A stretch of 64,000 nucleotides of DNA, taken from Octopus bimaculoides (lineage: Eukaryota). Below are positions 12,690 through 26,470 of this stretch, in pieces. Location: NCBI RefSeq assembly GCF_001194135.2, contig NC_068988.1, forward strand, positions 44,735,970 through 44,799,969. Reading direction: 5' to 3'. The notes under the pieces are model-generated. The model did not search any database. It saw only the letters and a program-made list of their open reading frames with translations, and was not told where the DNA came from. The translations under genes were made by a program, and so were the position numbers. The first letter of the stretch is position 1. Each line of letters opens with the position of its first letter.

Positions 12690-13140
12690 AAGGATTACTG
12701 CCAGTCCCGTCAGACTGGCTCCTATGTCGGTGGCATGTAAAAGCACCATCTGAGCGTGGTTGTTGCCAGTGCCGCCTGACTGGCTCCAGTGCTGGTGACA
12801 TGTAAAAAGCACCATTTGAATGTGGTTATTGCCAATGTCACCTGACTGGCCTCCATGCACATAAAAAGCACCATTCAAGCATGCTCAATGCCAGTAATGC
12901 CTGACTGGCCCTTGTGCCGGTGGTATGTAAAACGCACCCACTACACTCTCAGAGTGGTTGGCATTAGGAAGGGCATCCAGCTGTAGAAACCTTGCCAGAT
13001 CAGATTGGAGCCTGGTACAGCCTTCTNNNNNNNNNNTTGCCAGATCAGATTGGAGCCTGGTACAGCCTTCTGGCTTACCAGTCCTCAGTCAAACCATCCA
13101 ACCCATGCCAGCATGGAAAGCAGACATTAAATGATGAATT
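12690..13140 (+). mobile_element. SINE family C with internal ~65-bp tandem subrepeats
   Basis: Four copies of tgccagt...ctgactggc...catgtaaaa(a)gcacc, then ggaagggcatccagctgtagaaac...catgccagcatggaaagcagacattaaatgatga tail. Confidence 0.7.
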
Positions 13141-13256
13141 ATTATTATGCTACATTATATTTGTACAGCTTGGTGCTGCCGCCCAAAACTGGTACACCGG
13201 TGGCAGATATAATGGAATAAGAGTTTTATTTGCGTATTCAGAATGTTTGAAAGATA

Positions 13257-13755
<499 letters not shown>

Positions 13756-14652
13756 ACATGGACATAGTAAAAGTTGAAAAGAATGATGTTAAATACTAGT
13801 TTATTTTGCCAACTGAAATGGCAGTAAGGACTATTTTTAATGTAAGGATAATGTAGAACAAGAGATACAATGATGAAGTTGAAAAAAACTTGATGTGGTG
13901 AGTGAAAGGCGAAAAGACAAAATAGATGCAGTTAGAAATATTGAGATATAATGAGTGAAAAAGGAGAAAAAATATAGAAACTGTTTGGGAAAAAGAAGCA
14001 AGAAATATATATGAAATGATACAGTAGCATAAATTACTAAAGAAAATAAAAGCTGCTTGAAACCTTAAGAAAATTTTTCATTTGAAGGAAAAAAAAAATG
14101 AGTGTCTTTTTAAAGGAAACGAATGAATGAGAAAGGAGAGAGATGTGGTGGTAGTGTGAGGGGGTGTGGAATGGGATAAATAGACATGGTGAAAATTTGG
14201 AAAAGGTGAGTGAATATGGGTTGATTGATTGATTGAGAGAGTGAGTGAACGAGAGAGAAAGAGAGAGAGGGAGAGAGAAGGGAGGGAGGGAGTGTGTGTG
14301 TGTGTGTGTGTGTGTTTTGACAAGTGGACGCATGTTGGGTAAATGAGATGTCAGTATATCACAAGGGTAAAACATTCATTTATACACAATTTTTGTTTAT
14401 ATAGCTATGTGATAATAGCAATGATGATGCTGATGATGATGATATTTTGCATTCACAAACATGTACACAGATATAAATATGTATACATATGCATGTATGT
14501 GTGTATATTTATATATATCTATATGTATGTATGCACATATATACATATGCATACACACACACGCACGCACATATCTAACTATATGCTTTCATGTATATAT
14601 TTCCCTTTCTATCTATTTATCTATCTATCTATCTGTCTACCTGTCTATCTAT

Positions 14653-14690
<38 letters not shown>

Positions 14691-14825
14691 CTATCTATCT
14701 ATCTATCTATCTGTATGATTGTGTGTATGGATGTATTTAAAAAATTTACATATATTCAAATTATGCATATTTATTTTTGCATGTACATTCATTCATACTT
14801 TTATCTCTTCACATTTACACACACA

Positions 14826-14882
<57 letters not shown>

Positions 14883-15873
14883 GCACACACATTCAAGTTC
14901 TTACACAGAGACACATACAAACATATATGTGTGTGTGCATGTGTGTGAATGAGTATAGTATGTGTGTATGAAAGTATGGTGTATGTATATCCATATTCAC
15001 AATCTCATATGAAATGTGTATTAAACCTGTTTTTTTCTTCTTCTTCCCTACTTTCATTTCAAATGAGCCAATCAACAAAGCTTCAAGCAAGATTTTTCAT
15101 TGGTTGATTTTTGATACATTTTTATGCATTAAAAAAACAAAACAAAAACAAAAACCAAAAACAAAAACAAAACAAACAAACAAAAAACCTCACAAAATAA
15201 AATAAACATACACGAATTGAAAAGAAGAAAAATCTCAATAAAAACAACATCACAAACATACAAGATAGTTTTCAGTTATAAATTCCATTGGCAAAATATA
15301 ACAGCTTGCCTGGAGTAACGTCCTGTAGTTTTAAAAGCTGTTAGCTCCTGAAAGAGTTAATGACTAATTGAAGCTTTAACGGCGTCTTAAAGGTCTTGCC
15401 AATCATTCTATGGACTCCTAGGGAGAGTTTTACGAAGCTTCACAGAAAACTTTAATGAATGTTTTGACCTTTGGCCTTTTTTAATGAACGCTTCAGAACT
15501 GCTATGTTGGATTTTAGTAAGTGGTTGCTTGATTATGTTTATCTGTTCAGTTTTAGGTACAGTTATACATATTCATATATATATANNNNNNNNNNNNNNN
15601 NNNNNNNNNNNNNNNNNNNNNNNNNNNNNNNNNNNNNNNNNNNNNNNNNNNNNNNNNNNNNNNNNNNNNNNNNNNNNNNNNNNNNNNNNNNNNNNNNNNN
15701 NNNNNNNNNNNNNNNNNNNNNNNNNNNNNNNNNNNNNNNNNNNNNNNNNNNNNNNNNNNNNNNNNNNNNNNNNNNNNNNNNNNNNNNNNNNNNNNNNNNN
15801 TATACACAAATTAAATCTTGCCATGGAGGAATGTAGTGGCGGACAAAAAACAAGACAGGAAAACAAACAGAAA

Positions 15874-15905
<32 letters not shown>

Positions 15906-15985
15906 CAACAAAACAGTATATGGATCCCAGGTTTCGAGTATAAGTTTAGACCCATATTATTTTAGTTTAGTTATATAAGCGCTGA

Positions 15986-16382
15986 GGTGCAGGAGTGGCT
16001 GTGTGGTAAGTAGCTTGCTTACCAACCACATGGTTCCGGGTTCAGTCCCACTGCATGGACCTTGGGCAAGTGTATTCTACTATAGCCTCGGGCCGACAAA
16101 AACCTTGTGAGTGGATTTAGTAGATGGAAACTGAAAGAAGCCCGTTGTATATATGCATATATATATGTATATGTGTGTGTGTGTGTGTTTGTCCCCCCCC
16201 CACCATCGCTTGACAACCGATGCTGGTGTGTTTACGTCCCCGTAACTTAGCGGTTCGGCAAAAAGAGACCGATAGAATAAGTACTAGGCATCCAAAGAAT
16301 AAGTCCTAGGGTAGATTTAATCGACTAAAGGCGGTGCTCCAGCATGGTTGCAGTCAAATGACTGAAACAAGTAAAAGAGTAA
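15986..16382 (+). mobile_element. tRNA-derived SINE family A, best-preserved copy
   Basis: A-box-like TGGCTGTGTGG (15996-16006) and B-box-like GGTTCAGTCCC (16039-16049), internal (TA)/(TG) tract, tail gtaaaagagtaa. More than 10 related copies in the window. Confidence 0.85.
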
Positions 16383-16799
16383 GGAGAGAGAAATTAATAA
16401 AATTGGAAAAAGCATGGACAGTTTCCTTTCTAATAATCTTCAATCTCTTTTGGACAGGATGGTGCATTGGCAGAAAATCAGTGGAGCATAAATAGGGATA
16501 TTGTGCCTTGTGGTAATTATTGACGTTTTTTGTATTCTGAATTCAAATTTTGCTCTTACAAATTACTATAGCCTACTCCTCCTCCCACCCCGCTCTTGCC
16601 ACATCCCCTGTCAGTTGGTTCCTCCATCCCTCTGTCTCTCTTTCTCCTCCTCCTTAGCCTCCTCATTCTGTCTGTCTGTCAGTCTGTACGTCCCTCTGTC
16701 TCTCTTCTGTCCCATCCTACTTCCCTCTGCTTCCTCTTTCCTCCTCCCCTTACCCCTTCTGTGCTGCCACTGCAGCTACCATTGTCCTTGTGGTTGTTG

Positions 16800-17076
16800 C
16801 CACTGTTATCATCATCATTAATATCATCATCATCACCTCCACCATCACCTCCACCATCACCACCGCCATCACCACTGCCTCCACAAATATCATCACAACT
16901 TTTATCCTCCTCCACTTCCTCATCGTTGTCGTCATTATCAACATTGTCATCATTACCATCACCATTATCAACATCATTATTGTCGTTGTCATCATCATCG
17001 TCGTCGTCACCATCATCATCACCTTCATCATCATCATCATCAACATCATCATCATCATCAACATCATCATCATTAC

Positions 17077-17123
<47 letters not shown>

Positions 17124-17155
17124 CCACCATCACCATCATCATCATCATCATCATG
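16800..17155. repeat. Imperfect (CAT)n/(CAC)n trinucleotide array
   Basis: Directly visible; source of several poly-S/I/M ORFs. Confidence 0.95.
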
Positions 17156-17229
17156 TGTTTATGCCCAATTTCCCTGCTAGCAAGTATAGGTTGTCAAAGC
17201 ATGAATCGAACAAAAACAAAATGGACAGA

Positions 17230-17990
17230 TTTTTGCAAATGCAGATATGAACTGCAAAAGTAAAAATTTGATCTCCTGCATTAAGTGCCCTAATTGTGAG
17301 GAACTATATATTGGCAAGGCAGGGAATGCATTATTGGAACACTCATGTGCCCACAGACAACAAATCTGGAACACTAATATTCACCAAATTTCATTGAGTG
17401 AACATACAGAAACACGTGGTCAGAAAATGCTTCGAATTTTCCCTTTCCACAAACTACATGATACAAGTGAGGTTGGAAGAAATATAAAAGAAAAACGTTT
17501 CATTAAAATGTTCAAACCACTTCCGAACATAAACAACAACAATAATATAACAACCAGTTAATGTTGTGGATTAAAAAGTATCTTTAACATATGAATAGAA
17601 ACAAATTACAGATGAGTACCACTAACTGAAATAAAAATGATTGAAATCAACTAAGTTTATTACATATAAACCACAAGCTAATTGGTTAAAATAAAGGCAA
17701 GATCTATACCAGTAATATTGGTGCATCTGGCAAACCATGATGTTTAAGCTGCATGCTAATTGGTCAAAACTGTATTCGAAAAATTCAGCTTGTCAGAGCC
17801 TTTTAAAAGGTATAAAAAGGAAGAAGTCAGTCATTTTACTACAGTTATCAAGCACTCAACTCAACTGTCAGTCAATACATTTTGAAATCTGATGATTACT
17901 ACGAACGTACGAAAGCACTAATTGAACTTTATGAACGTTACAAAATATTTTTTTAATGTTTAACACACTTCAACATTATAAAAAATTCTT
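17230..17990 (+). mobile_element. Penelope-like element 3' fragment: GIY-YIG domain plus pseudo-LTR
   Basis: ORF 17247-17561 CKSKNLISCIKCPNCEELYIGKAG..L.EH..AHRQQI...EKRFIKMFKP matches the PLE GIY-YIG pattern. Hammerhead-like core at 17889-17918. Confidence 0.85.
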
Positions 17991-19229
17991 TTAAATACAA
18001 TAATAACAAACGTGAAAATCAGACCATGTAACTTTATTCAACTGATATATTATTCTATAACATTTACACAAATTTGGAAAAAATATAAATACACACACAT
18101 ACAAACATATACGATAGGTTGCTTTCAGTTTCCATCTACTGAATCCATTCACAAGACACTTGCCCAAGGTGCCATGCACTAGGACTGAACCTGGAATAGT
18201 GTGGTTAGGAAACAAGCTTCTTATCATACCGCCATGCCTGAGCCTCATGATTGGAAAAACAGAGCAGTAGGTATGGGGGGAGTGATAGAGGAAGAAGTAA
18301 TGGAAGTGAGTGAGAGAGAGGGAGAGAGAGAGAGGTAGTGATAGGCTGCTATATGCTGGTTGTTAGTTGGGAATGAATGGAAAACAGGAAGAGTGGGAAG
18401 ATAGTTGGGAAGGGAGAATAAGAGGAGGGGGGCAGAGTGATGAAAGAGGGAATAATGGAACAGGAAATTAAGGGAGAGAGAGAGAGAGAGAGGGGAGAGA
18501 GAGATAGGGAGGGACAGAGAGAGGGAGGGACAGAGAAAGCGATGTGTGTAAATATTGAGAATGAAGGAGAGCTGAATATGTTGAGTGTGTGTGTGTGTAT
18601 GTGTGCATATGTGTGTGAGAGAGAGAGAATGAAAGAGAGAAAGAGGAAGAGAGAAAGAGAGAGAGAATGAAAAAGAGAAAGAGAAAAGAGAGAGAGGGAG
18701 AATGATCAATAGCAATTAAGATGACCAATTAAGAAAAAATGATAGATGTAAATAATGTGTGATAAAGAGAAGTGAGAGAGGGAGAAAGAAAGAAAGAAAG
18801 AAAGAGATAGAGAGGGGGAGAGAAAGAGAGAGAGAGATGACTAGCAATACAAAAGGGACATGATAGATTTGAATAAGACAAATCCATTGCCAGCCATCTT
18901 ACTAAGGCAGCATGATAAGAGGGAGTTACAGTGACAAGGGGTATTGGTAGGATTGAATATGGACTCATCTTATACCATCCCACATTATGCAGGTGGTGTG
19001 ATATTGTGGATATCAAACACTGAGGATCATAAATAGGTGGGTAGCAAAGATGGGGAATGGCAGTAAATGGAGAATTAAGTGGAACATAAATGAGTGAGAG
19101 ACCCAAATGCAAAATGTAAATATTTTACATGTCACGATGACGACGACAACGACAACCACCAACACCACCACCACCACCTCTTCCTCCTCCTCCTCCTCCT
19201 CCTCCTCCTCCACCACCACCACCACCACT

Positions 19230-19700
19230 GGCATCGGCTACGACAACGATTTCATTTGACTCAACAGGTCTTCTCAAGCTCAGTATATTGCCCAACGATT
19301 GAAAGGTACTCTTAAATGGGCCAGTTATGCGTCACTGGCATGGGCCACAGCTACAATCTCACTTGACTTGCAGGGTTTTCTCAAGCACAGTATATTTCCA
19401 AAGGTCTCAGTCATTTGACCTCCATATGCATCAGATTCCTGTACCGTTGCAGACTTCTCTCTTGCCCACTATATCTCATTACTCTCAAATATAGTTTTTC
19501 TCTCATTTCGTTTATGTTCCAACATTCATGTAGATTTACATTACTTATATTACACATCTAGTGAAGCATGCTCACATCATTTCATTCTCATTTTTGAAAA
19601 TCCTTCATGTTCAAAGCTTATTTCTCACTACCATGCTGCATTGCACTTTGTATTCAAGCATCAGATAATCTGCCCGTGTCAAGTTTTGTAATTTGCTCAA
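19230..19700 (-). mobile_element. RTE LINE C-terminus and 3' UTR
   Basis: Degenerate translation resembles VQSAMLHGSETWAL...EM.ML..MCNI...LREKL; repeated 3' UTR motifs at 19260-19400. Confidence 0.6.
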
Positions 19701-20209
19701 TTCATGAGAACAAGTATAAGAACAAAGACCAAATAACTGTAGACTATGAATTTCTATCTCGCCATAGCAGAAGCACAACCAATAGCAGAATGTATGAGAA
19801 GTGGTAACATCATCAACCTGTTTTTTATTACCCATAAAGGGCTAAATAAAGAGTTTTTACAGCACAAAAAAGACAATACAAAACATAAAATCAGGGAAAT
19901 AAAAATACAAAAAGGAAATCGAGCAAAGAAGAAAAAAAAATAAAAGAAACGAATGAAATTATGAAAAAATGATAAAATGAAGCGCAATGCCCACTCGACC
20001 CCCGAAGTTGAGTGGTTACATTTGGACATGATTTAAACAGTTTTTCCTCTTTTTTCGTTTTTTTTTAAAACCAAAATTTTCAGATTTTTCTCATAAATTT
20101 TCTTCATATTCTTTTTTATTCTTATATTCTTTTACTTGTTTTAATCATTTGACTGTAACCATGCTGGAGCACCACCTTCAGTCGAGCACATCGAACCCCA
20201 GGACTTATT

Positions 20210-20530
20210 GGTCCTTTATATCACAATAGCTATCAACTACTTCTAAGGAGACTTTCAAGCAATTGAACGTGTTTATTTCCCATGTACTTTCACAGCTAAC
20301 TGCTCTGAGCTGCTGCCACATACGAAGCATATTTTCTCTTAGCTTGCCTATGATCTCGCTACACTTCTCATGTATTTGCAGTTTACAATGTGTTCTTTGT
20401 ATAGAGTTTCTACCAACCCCTTTTCTGCATTTCAAGCCATTTTCCTCATAACAGCAGTCCTAAGTATTTTCTTACATATTTTAGCTTTCTCACTTCTTAA
20501 TGGTAGATTTTGCATTTAGGTCTTGAATTT
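20210..20530 (-). mobile_element. RTE LINE post-RT segment with Cys/His finger, collinear with 19230-19700
   Basis: CRKGVGRNSIQRTHCKLQIHEKCS...SLEVVDSYCDIKDQ; the end resembles the RT motif LEVVDSFCYLGD. Confidence 0.65.
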
Positions 20531-21466
20531 ATTTAAAAAATTCTTTATATTATTCTACCAAATGTGTGGTTGTGTACATATACTAGGAACTAATAGTTGG
20601 AGTCTTGCTAGATCTAAAACTTCAAGTGTAATACAACTTGAAACAAATTGCATTTTTCGATCAGAAAAAAATATCACTCTTCATGGCTATGTTTGGCAGT
20701 GTTATTTTTATCAGTATTACAAAGTTTCTATGATGCAACAGCATATCAGTGATGCAACAGTATATCTGCAGCTTTATATTAAATCTAATTTAAAGCTGCT
20801 TCTATCATAATATTTTAATTCTCATATTTTTCGTCCATCAAACTTCTAAGAGTTCATGCCTGTGTAAGAAATCATGTTATTTTTAACTTTGTGAATCAGT
20901 TAAATCTAATTACATGTCTAAAGTTGTGAGATGAGTTATTGTTATTAAGATGATCATTTTACAGACTAATTAACCTCATCTTTAGCATGTATATTTACAC
21001 TATTCATATTTACACTATCTGTGTTATTCTTAACTAAGTTCGTTGTTCACAGAATCAGACACTTGATGAGGATTGAAGATAAAACTGATTGAAATGCAGT
21101 GTAAATCTAAAATAAATAGAATTTTCTGAAGCATTCCATAACCTTTATAATGTTATAAGGTTACTATCGAAGACTTTTTTCCATTTATTTTCTGTAGTGA
21201 ATGATGAGCAAGTCAATGTAGTAGAGCTCTTCCCATGTCATGCCATTGATTATGGTCAGATATCACAGAAAGGAGGATTGCCAATTGGTCTTCCCCACCA
21301 CCATAAGTTTTTGCTTAGAAATAATGTAGAAATGTTTCAGTAGCATACATTGATTATATATTTATGTTCATTTAAATTTGTTACTTGATACAGTTCTAGT
21401 CAGAACGAGAATCAAACCTAACACTTTATATTACCAAACTAACAAATACAGCAATACTGCACTGTA

Positions 21467-21681
21467 TGAAGTGAGTACTGAAAAGTTCCTGGCTTTAGGG
21501 GTACCACAAAAGGCGGTCCTGGGGGCCCAACTTTCCAAGTTGTTTTACAGGGAGTAGAAAAATTGGACTGTTGCAATAAGTGTGTGAATCTGAAAGGGGA
21601 ATATGTTGAATAAAATCATAATTAACTGATTCTCCTGTATTTTCTTTTACCCAAAGCGAAGAACTTTTCAGCACCGCCTCA
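21467..21681 (+). mobile_element. Tc1/mariner-derived MITE, copy 2
   Basis: TA at 21465-66 and 21682-83. TIR core CTGAAAAGTTC and GAACTTTTCAG. Remnant CCNKCVNLKGEYVE*. Confidence 0.8.
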
Positions 21682-22344
21682 TATGTTTAAGTCAAAGTTC
21701 TGTAAACAATTGTTTGTTAAGGTCTACACCTTAGGCAATGTATATGACTCTACTTGTCGCTTTTCTTGGCAAACTACAAATATTTCGTGTCTGATTCATT
21801 AGTGAGAGAAAGGTCATTCAGAAATAAGAATAACAAAATAAATAAATAAACCAATCAAACTTTTGGTTCTTTACCGATATGTAAATGTCCACACATCTAC
21901 ACCCTTCTCTGTCTACTTCACTCATTGCCAGAATGATAAAAATGGGTCTAAAATCACAACAAACAAACGAACAGTTCTCATTCAGCATCAAATACTAATG
22001 TCTGTATAAAGATCAAAGGAACAAGAGTATCTGTAATCAGGTAATGATGTGACTGAGAGTGAATGACGGAAGGGATAAAGGACCTCTGTCCATCACTCCA
22101 GATTTTATCAACGTCACATTCCATGAAAGCTTCACTGGTTTGCACTTTCGTAAGCCTAAAAAATTTTTTTTCCTAAATGTGTGCTGATTTTATTGTATAC
22201 TGTTCTTTTCCATGCCTGGTCTTCCATAATCAGTTCTGCAAAAATAAAACTAAAAAAAAAAATGTGCCAGCATTTTTGTAATTTGTTCTTGTCATATCCT
22301 TTCATCCATTGCCCCTGTGACAAATAGAACAATTTATTTTTATA

Positions 22345-22458
22345 CTCTTCTTCGTCTTCTTCTTCTTCTTCTTCTTCTTCTTCTTCTTCTTCTTCTTCTT
22401 CTTCTTCTTCTTCTTCTTCTTCTTCTTCTTCTTCTTCTTCTCATCATCATCATCATCA

Positions 22459-22540
<82 letters not shown>

Positions 22541-22542
22541 GA
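22345..22542. repeat. Compound (CTT)n-(CAT)n-(ATT)n microsatellite
   Basis: Directly visible. Confidence 0.95.
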
Positions 22543-22849
22543 TTGAGCTGACAAAATTATTAGAATTGTCTATCTTTATGCTCTGAGATCAAATTCCGCT
22601 AAGGTCGATTTTGCTTTCATCCTTTCAGAGTTGAAGAAATAAGTACCAGTTGAGCACTTTGATTGATACAATTGATAACCCCTCTCATAAAATCTCAGGC
22701 CTTGTGCCTATTGTAAAAGGGTTTATTATTACGTAGGACATCGCACAGCATCCAATATTATGATGGTGTGTAGATTGAAGATATTGTGTGTACTGTGGAT
22801 TTGTACTGTCTGTCATAAAAAAAAACAGCAAAAGGACTTCAGACAGACA

Positions 22850-22925
<76 letters not shown>

Positions 22926-22929
22926 TATG

Positions 22930-23130
22930 AAGGTAGTGAGCCGGCAGAATCGTTAGCATGCTGGACTGAATGTTTAGTAGTATGTTCTGAGTTCAAATTC
23001 TGTCGAAGTCGACTTTGCCTTTCATCCTTTCGGGGTTGATAAATTAAGTACTAGATGCATACTGGGGTCGTTCTAATCGACTGGCACCCTTCCCCCAAAT
23101 TTCGGGCCTTGTGCCTAGAATAGAAAAGAT
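22930..23130 (+). mobile_element. SINE family B, near full length
   Basis: aaggtagtgagccggcagaatcgttagc head through ggccttgtgcctagaatagaaaag tail. Confidence 0.8.
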
Positions 23131-23198
23131 TATTATCAATAATATTAATACGCTACCTTTTTGTTTTTGTACATACCTGTTGTGTGCGTCACACTTAC

Positions 23199-23214
23199 TT
23201 TAAAGAAGTGGCAA

Positions 23215-23253
<39 letters not shown>

Positions 23254-23640
23254 AAAGAGGAAGTAAGAGAGAAAGGGAGTTAGAGAGAAAGAGAGAGAAT
23301 GAAAGAGACAGTGAGTGGCGACGGCGTTCGTTTTGTGTTTTTAAATGTTTCAGAGAGGACGTAAGAGAGAAAGAAAGAGAGTGGGAGAGAGCAAAAGTGA
23401 GAGAGAAAATGAGAGGGAGTGAAAGAGACAGTGAGTGGTAACGGCGTTCGTTTTGTGTTTTTAAACGTGTATCGCATCGCAAGAGAAGTAAATACATAGA
23501 TACACACGCACATTGTTAAATCAAAAGCGGGAGAGAAAAGGGACATAAAGGAAGTGAAAGAGAAAGAGAGAAAGTGAGAGAGACAGTAGATACATAAATC
23601 CAAAGAAGAGTTCTTACATAGATACATAGACACAGCAAAT
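23199..23640 (-). promoter_or_regulatory. Possible non-coding first exon / promoter-proximal CT-rich region
   Basis: Two strong minus-strand donors (GTAAGT at 23198-23193; CAG|GTATGT at 23176-23171) at the end of a CT-rich, CpG-containing segment with a 120-bp-offset duplication. Confidence 0.25.
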
Positions 23641-24339
23641 ATTGGTTGTCAATTTCACTTTTCATTACCACACGAGGATAAAATTAATTCACAAATGGCT
23701 GAGTACTCCACAGACATGCATAACATTAACGTAGTTCTTAGGGAGATTCAGCCTCACACAGAATATAACAAGGCTGGCTCCTTTCAATTACAGCTAGAAC
23801 TCAAGGCATATATATATGAATGTATTTGTGTGTGTGTATAGTTTTGGTTTGCAATAATAAGTGTCACGTGGTGGAAATAAACGCAATTACCGAACTTTCA
23901 TTCATAAATCCATTTATTATTTCATTTTTTTTTTCTTTTGCATTTCAATTTATACATTAAGGTTCTTTGAATATGTACGATGTATTTTAAGGCTAAATAG
24001 TAATTCCGATTACTTTTGTGTAACTGAGATATTTTGGTTGGATTATATAGTCATTTGTTATTTCTTATTTTCCTTCATAGTTGTTAAACAGTATGATTTC
24101 TTGTTTGTATTTGTCATCTTCTTTAAAGACTGAAAACAGTTTTTTGTCTTGTTCGTGTTTTGTGGTTATTTGTATTAGTTTTCCTTGCTTCTGAAGTAGG
24201 TATTTTAGCAGTCCTATGGTTGACGTTAAAGTCGACATAAGTGGGAATTGAACTTAGAAGGTGGAGAATCGGAACAAATACTGCAATGATCCAGTGCTGT
24301 AACGCCTCTGTCAGATAGCCATATCAATATATGGGTTAA

Positions 24340-24565
24340 CTAAGGCGGCGAGCTGGCAGAATCGTTAGCGTGTCAGACAAAATGCAAAGTGGCATTTCGT
24401 CCTTCTTTACGTTCTGAGTTCAAATCCCGTGAAGGTCGACTTTGCCCTTCGTCTTTTCGAGGTCGATGAAATAAGTACCATCTAAGCACTGGGGATGATG
24501 TAATCAACTTAGCCCAACCCCCAACTTACTGGACTTGTGACAAAATTTGAAACCAATATATGGTT
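24340..24565 (+). mobile_element. SINE family B, full length
   Basis: aaggcggcgagctggcagaatcgttagc...gagttcaaatccc...caaaatttgaaacc. Confidence 0.8.
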
Positions 24566-25141
24566 TGACCACATATTAACTCTTTGTCTAACCATTTTCT
24601 GTGCAGTCTTCAGTAAATCTACCACCACACAACAGAAACGATTCCTCTGACGGTGTCTTCTACAGAATTTCTGTCAACGAATTTTACCCGCAAGACTTTA
24701 GCCGAGCCAAGACTATTGTATAAGATACATCTACCTAAGGTGCAGCGGTATTGAATCCAAAACTACGAGATTGCTTGAAAAGCACTTATTTGCACAACCA
24801 TGCCTTCAATCCTTAATATATGTGTGGGTGAATATATTTCTGTGTTTGAGCATAGTTTTACAAAAGTACAAATATGAATATGTTTATAGATATCTGCATA
24901 GTACTTAAATTAGGGCTGACATCTTGTCTAGGAAAGAAAAACACCTTTCATTGCAATATTTTGTGTCCATGTATATATATTTACAACTGTGCGTAATGGC
25001 ATCTTTTTAGGAGTTTTTTTGTCTGTGAATGTGTGTATATGCATTAGTTCAAATGGTATCGTTAAAAGTAATCTGTGTATATAATACATATTTAGACATA
25101 TGTATATTGGTATGAATGCATTTTTGCATATCTATGTGTAT

Positions 25142-25181
<40 letters not shown>

Positions 25182-26187
25182 ATATATGTATGTATATACA
25201 TACATATATATCTATGTATATATCTGTGTGTGTGAGTGTATGTTTATGCATATATTTATGTATTTGTTTTATGTATATTTATTTACTTAGATATCTATCT
25301 GCTTATATGTATGCCATGTGTATGCTTTGTGTGTGATTGCATATATATTTGTATGCATACACAAATACCCACACACATAAACATACATATATACACACAA
25401 ACGCACCACATATCTATGCATGTATATATGCATATGTATATACATATATATATATGCTTGCACATATATGAATATATGTATACACATATATATGTATATA
25501 TATATATATATGAATATATATATATATACATATGTATGTATATATACATACATACATACATACATACATAATACACACATACACACACACACACGCACAC
25601 ACACACACATATATATATTTATAATGTTATTTTTCCTTCACTCTCTGCCTCACAAAACTTCCATGGTTGCAGTTGGCTTGGCCAATAAAAAAGGTTAATG
25701 ACTGCAAACAGCAACACGTATTAACGAGAGTAGCTACTGTAACAACAATGATGACAGCAAGCACAACAACAATATTAATATCTAGGAAAAATATTGAAGA
25801 GAATGATGAGGAATAAAAGAGAAGATGGCGACAGCAAAAAGAGAATGAGAACGATGATGGCAATAATGATGAAGGCTGTTGCAGAGGTGGTGCGGCTGAA
25901 GGCTGTTCTGTTGCTGTTGCTACTGTTGTTATTGTTGTTGTTGTTGTTGTTGATGATGATGATGATGATGATGAAGATGAAGATGATGATGATGATGATG
26001 ATGATGATGATAATGATGATGATGATGATGATGATGGTTTTTGCGATGACAATGATGATCGAGGTGGTCGTGACGGTAGTTAAGATGAAATGACAGATTA
26101 ATAATAACCACAGCAATAAGAATAATAATATCAAGAATAACAGCAGGAATGATGATAATAATAAAAAAATGTTAAAGGAGTGTTGGA

Positions 26188-26307
<120 letters not shown>

Positions 26308-26437
26308 AAGATAGAGAGACAGACGGAGAGAGGATAGAGCAGAATGAGAATCAAGAAACGATATACAAACAGGAAAAATTTGGAGTTGTATGTGTGTATA
26401 TAATATGTATGTATATATATNNNNNNNNNNNNNNNNN

Positions 26438-26470
<33 letters not shown>

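Noticed and set aside
12991-13072. Exact 36-bp direct repeat
   Set aside because: The copies flank a 10-N gap, typical of an unmerged contig overlap.
15986-16060. tRNA gene
   Set aside because: A/B-box-like motifs continue into a SINE body, there is no acceptor stem/cloverleaf, and many degenerate copies exist.
21057-21102. Hammerhead-like TTGATGA...GAAAT motif
   Set aside because: Core C3 is altered, stem II does not pair and there is no NUH; too degenerate to call.
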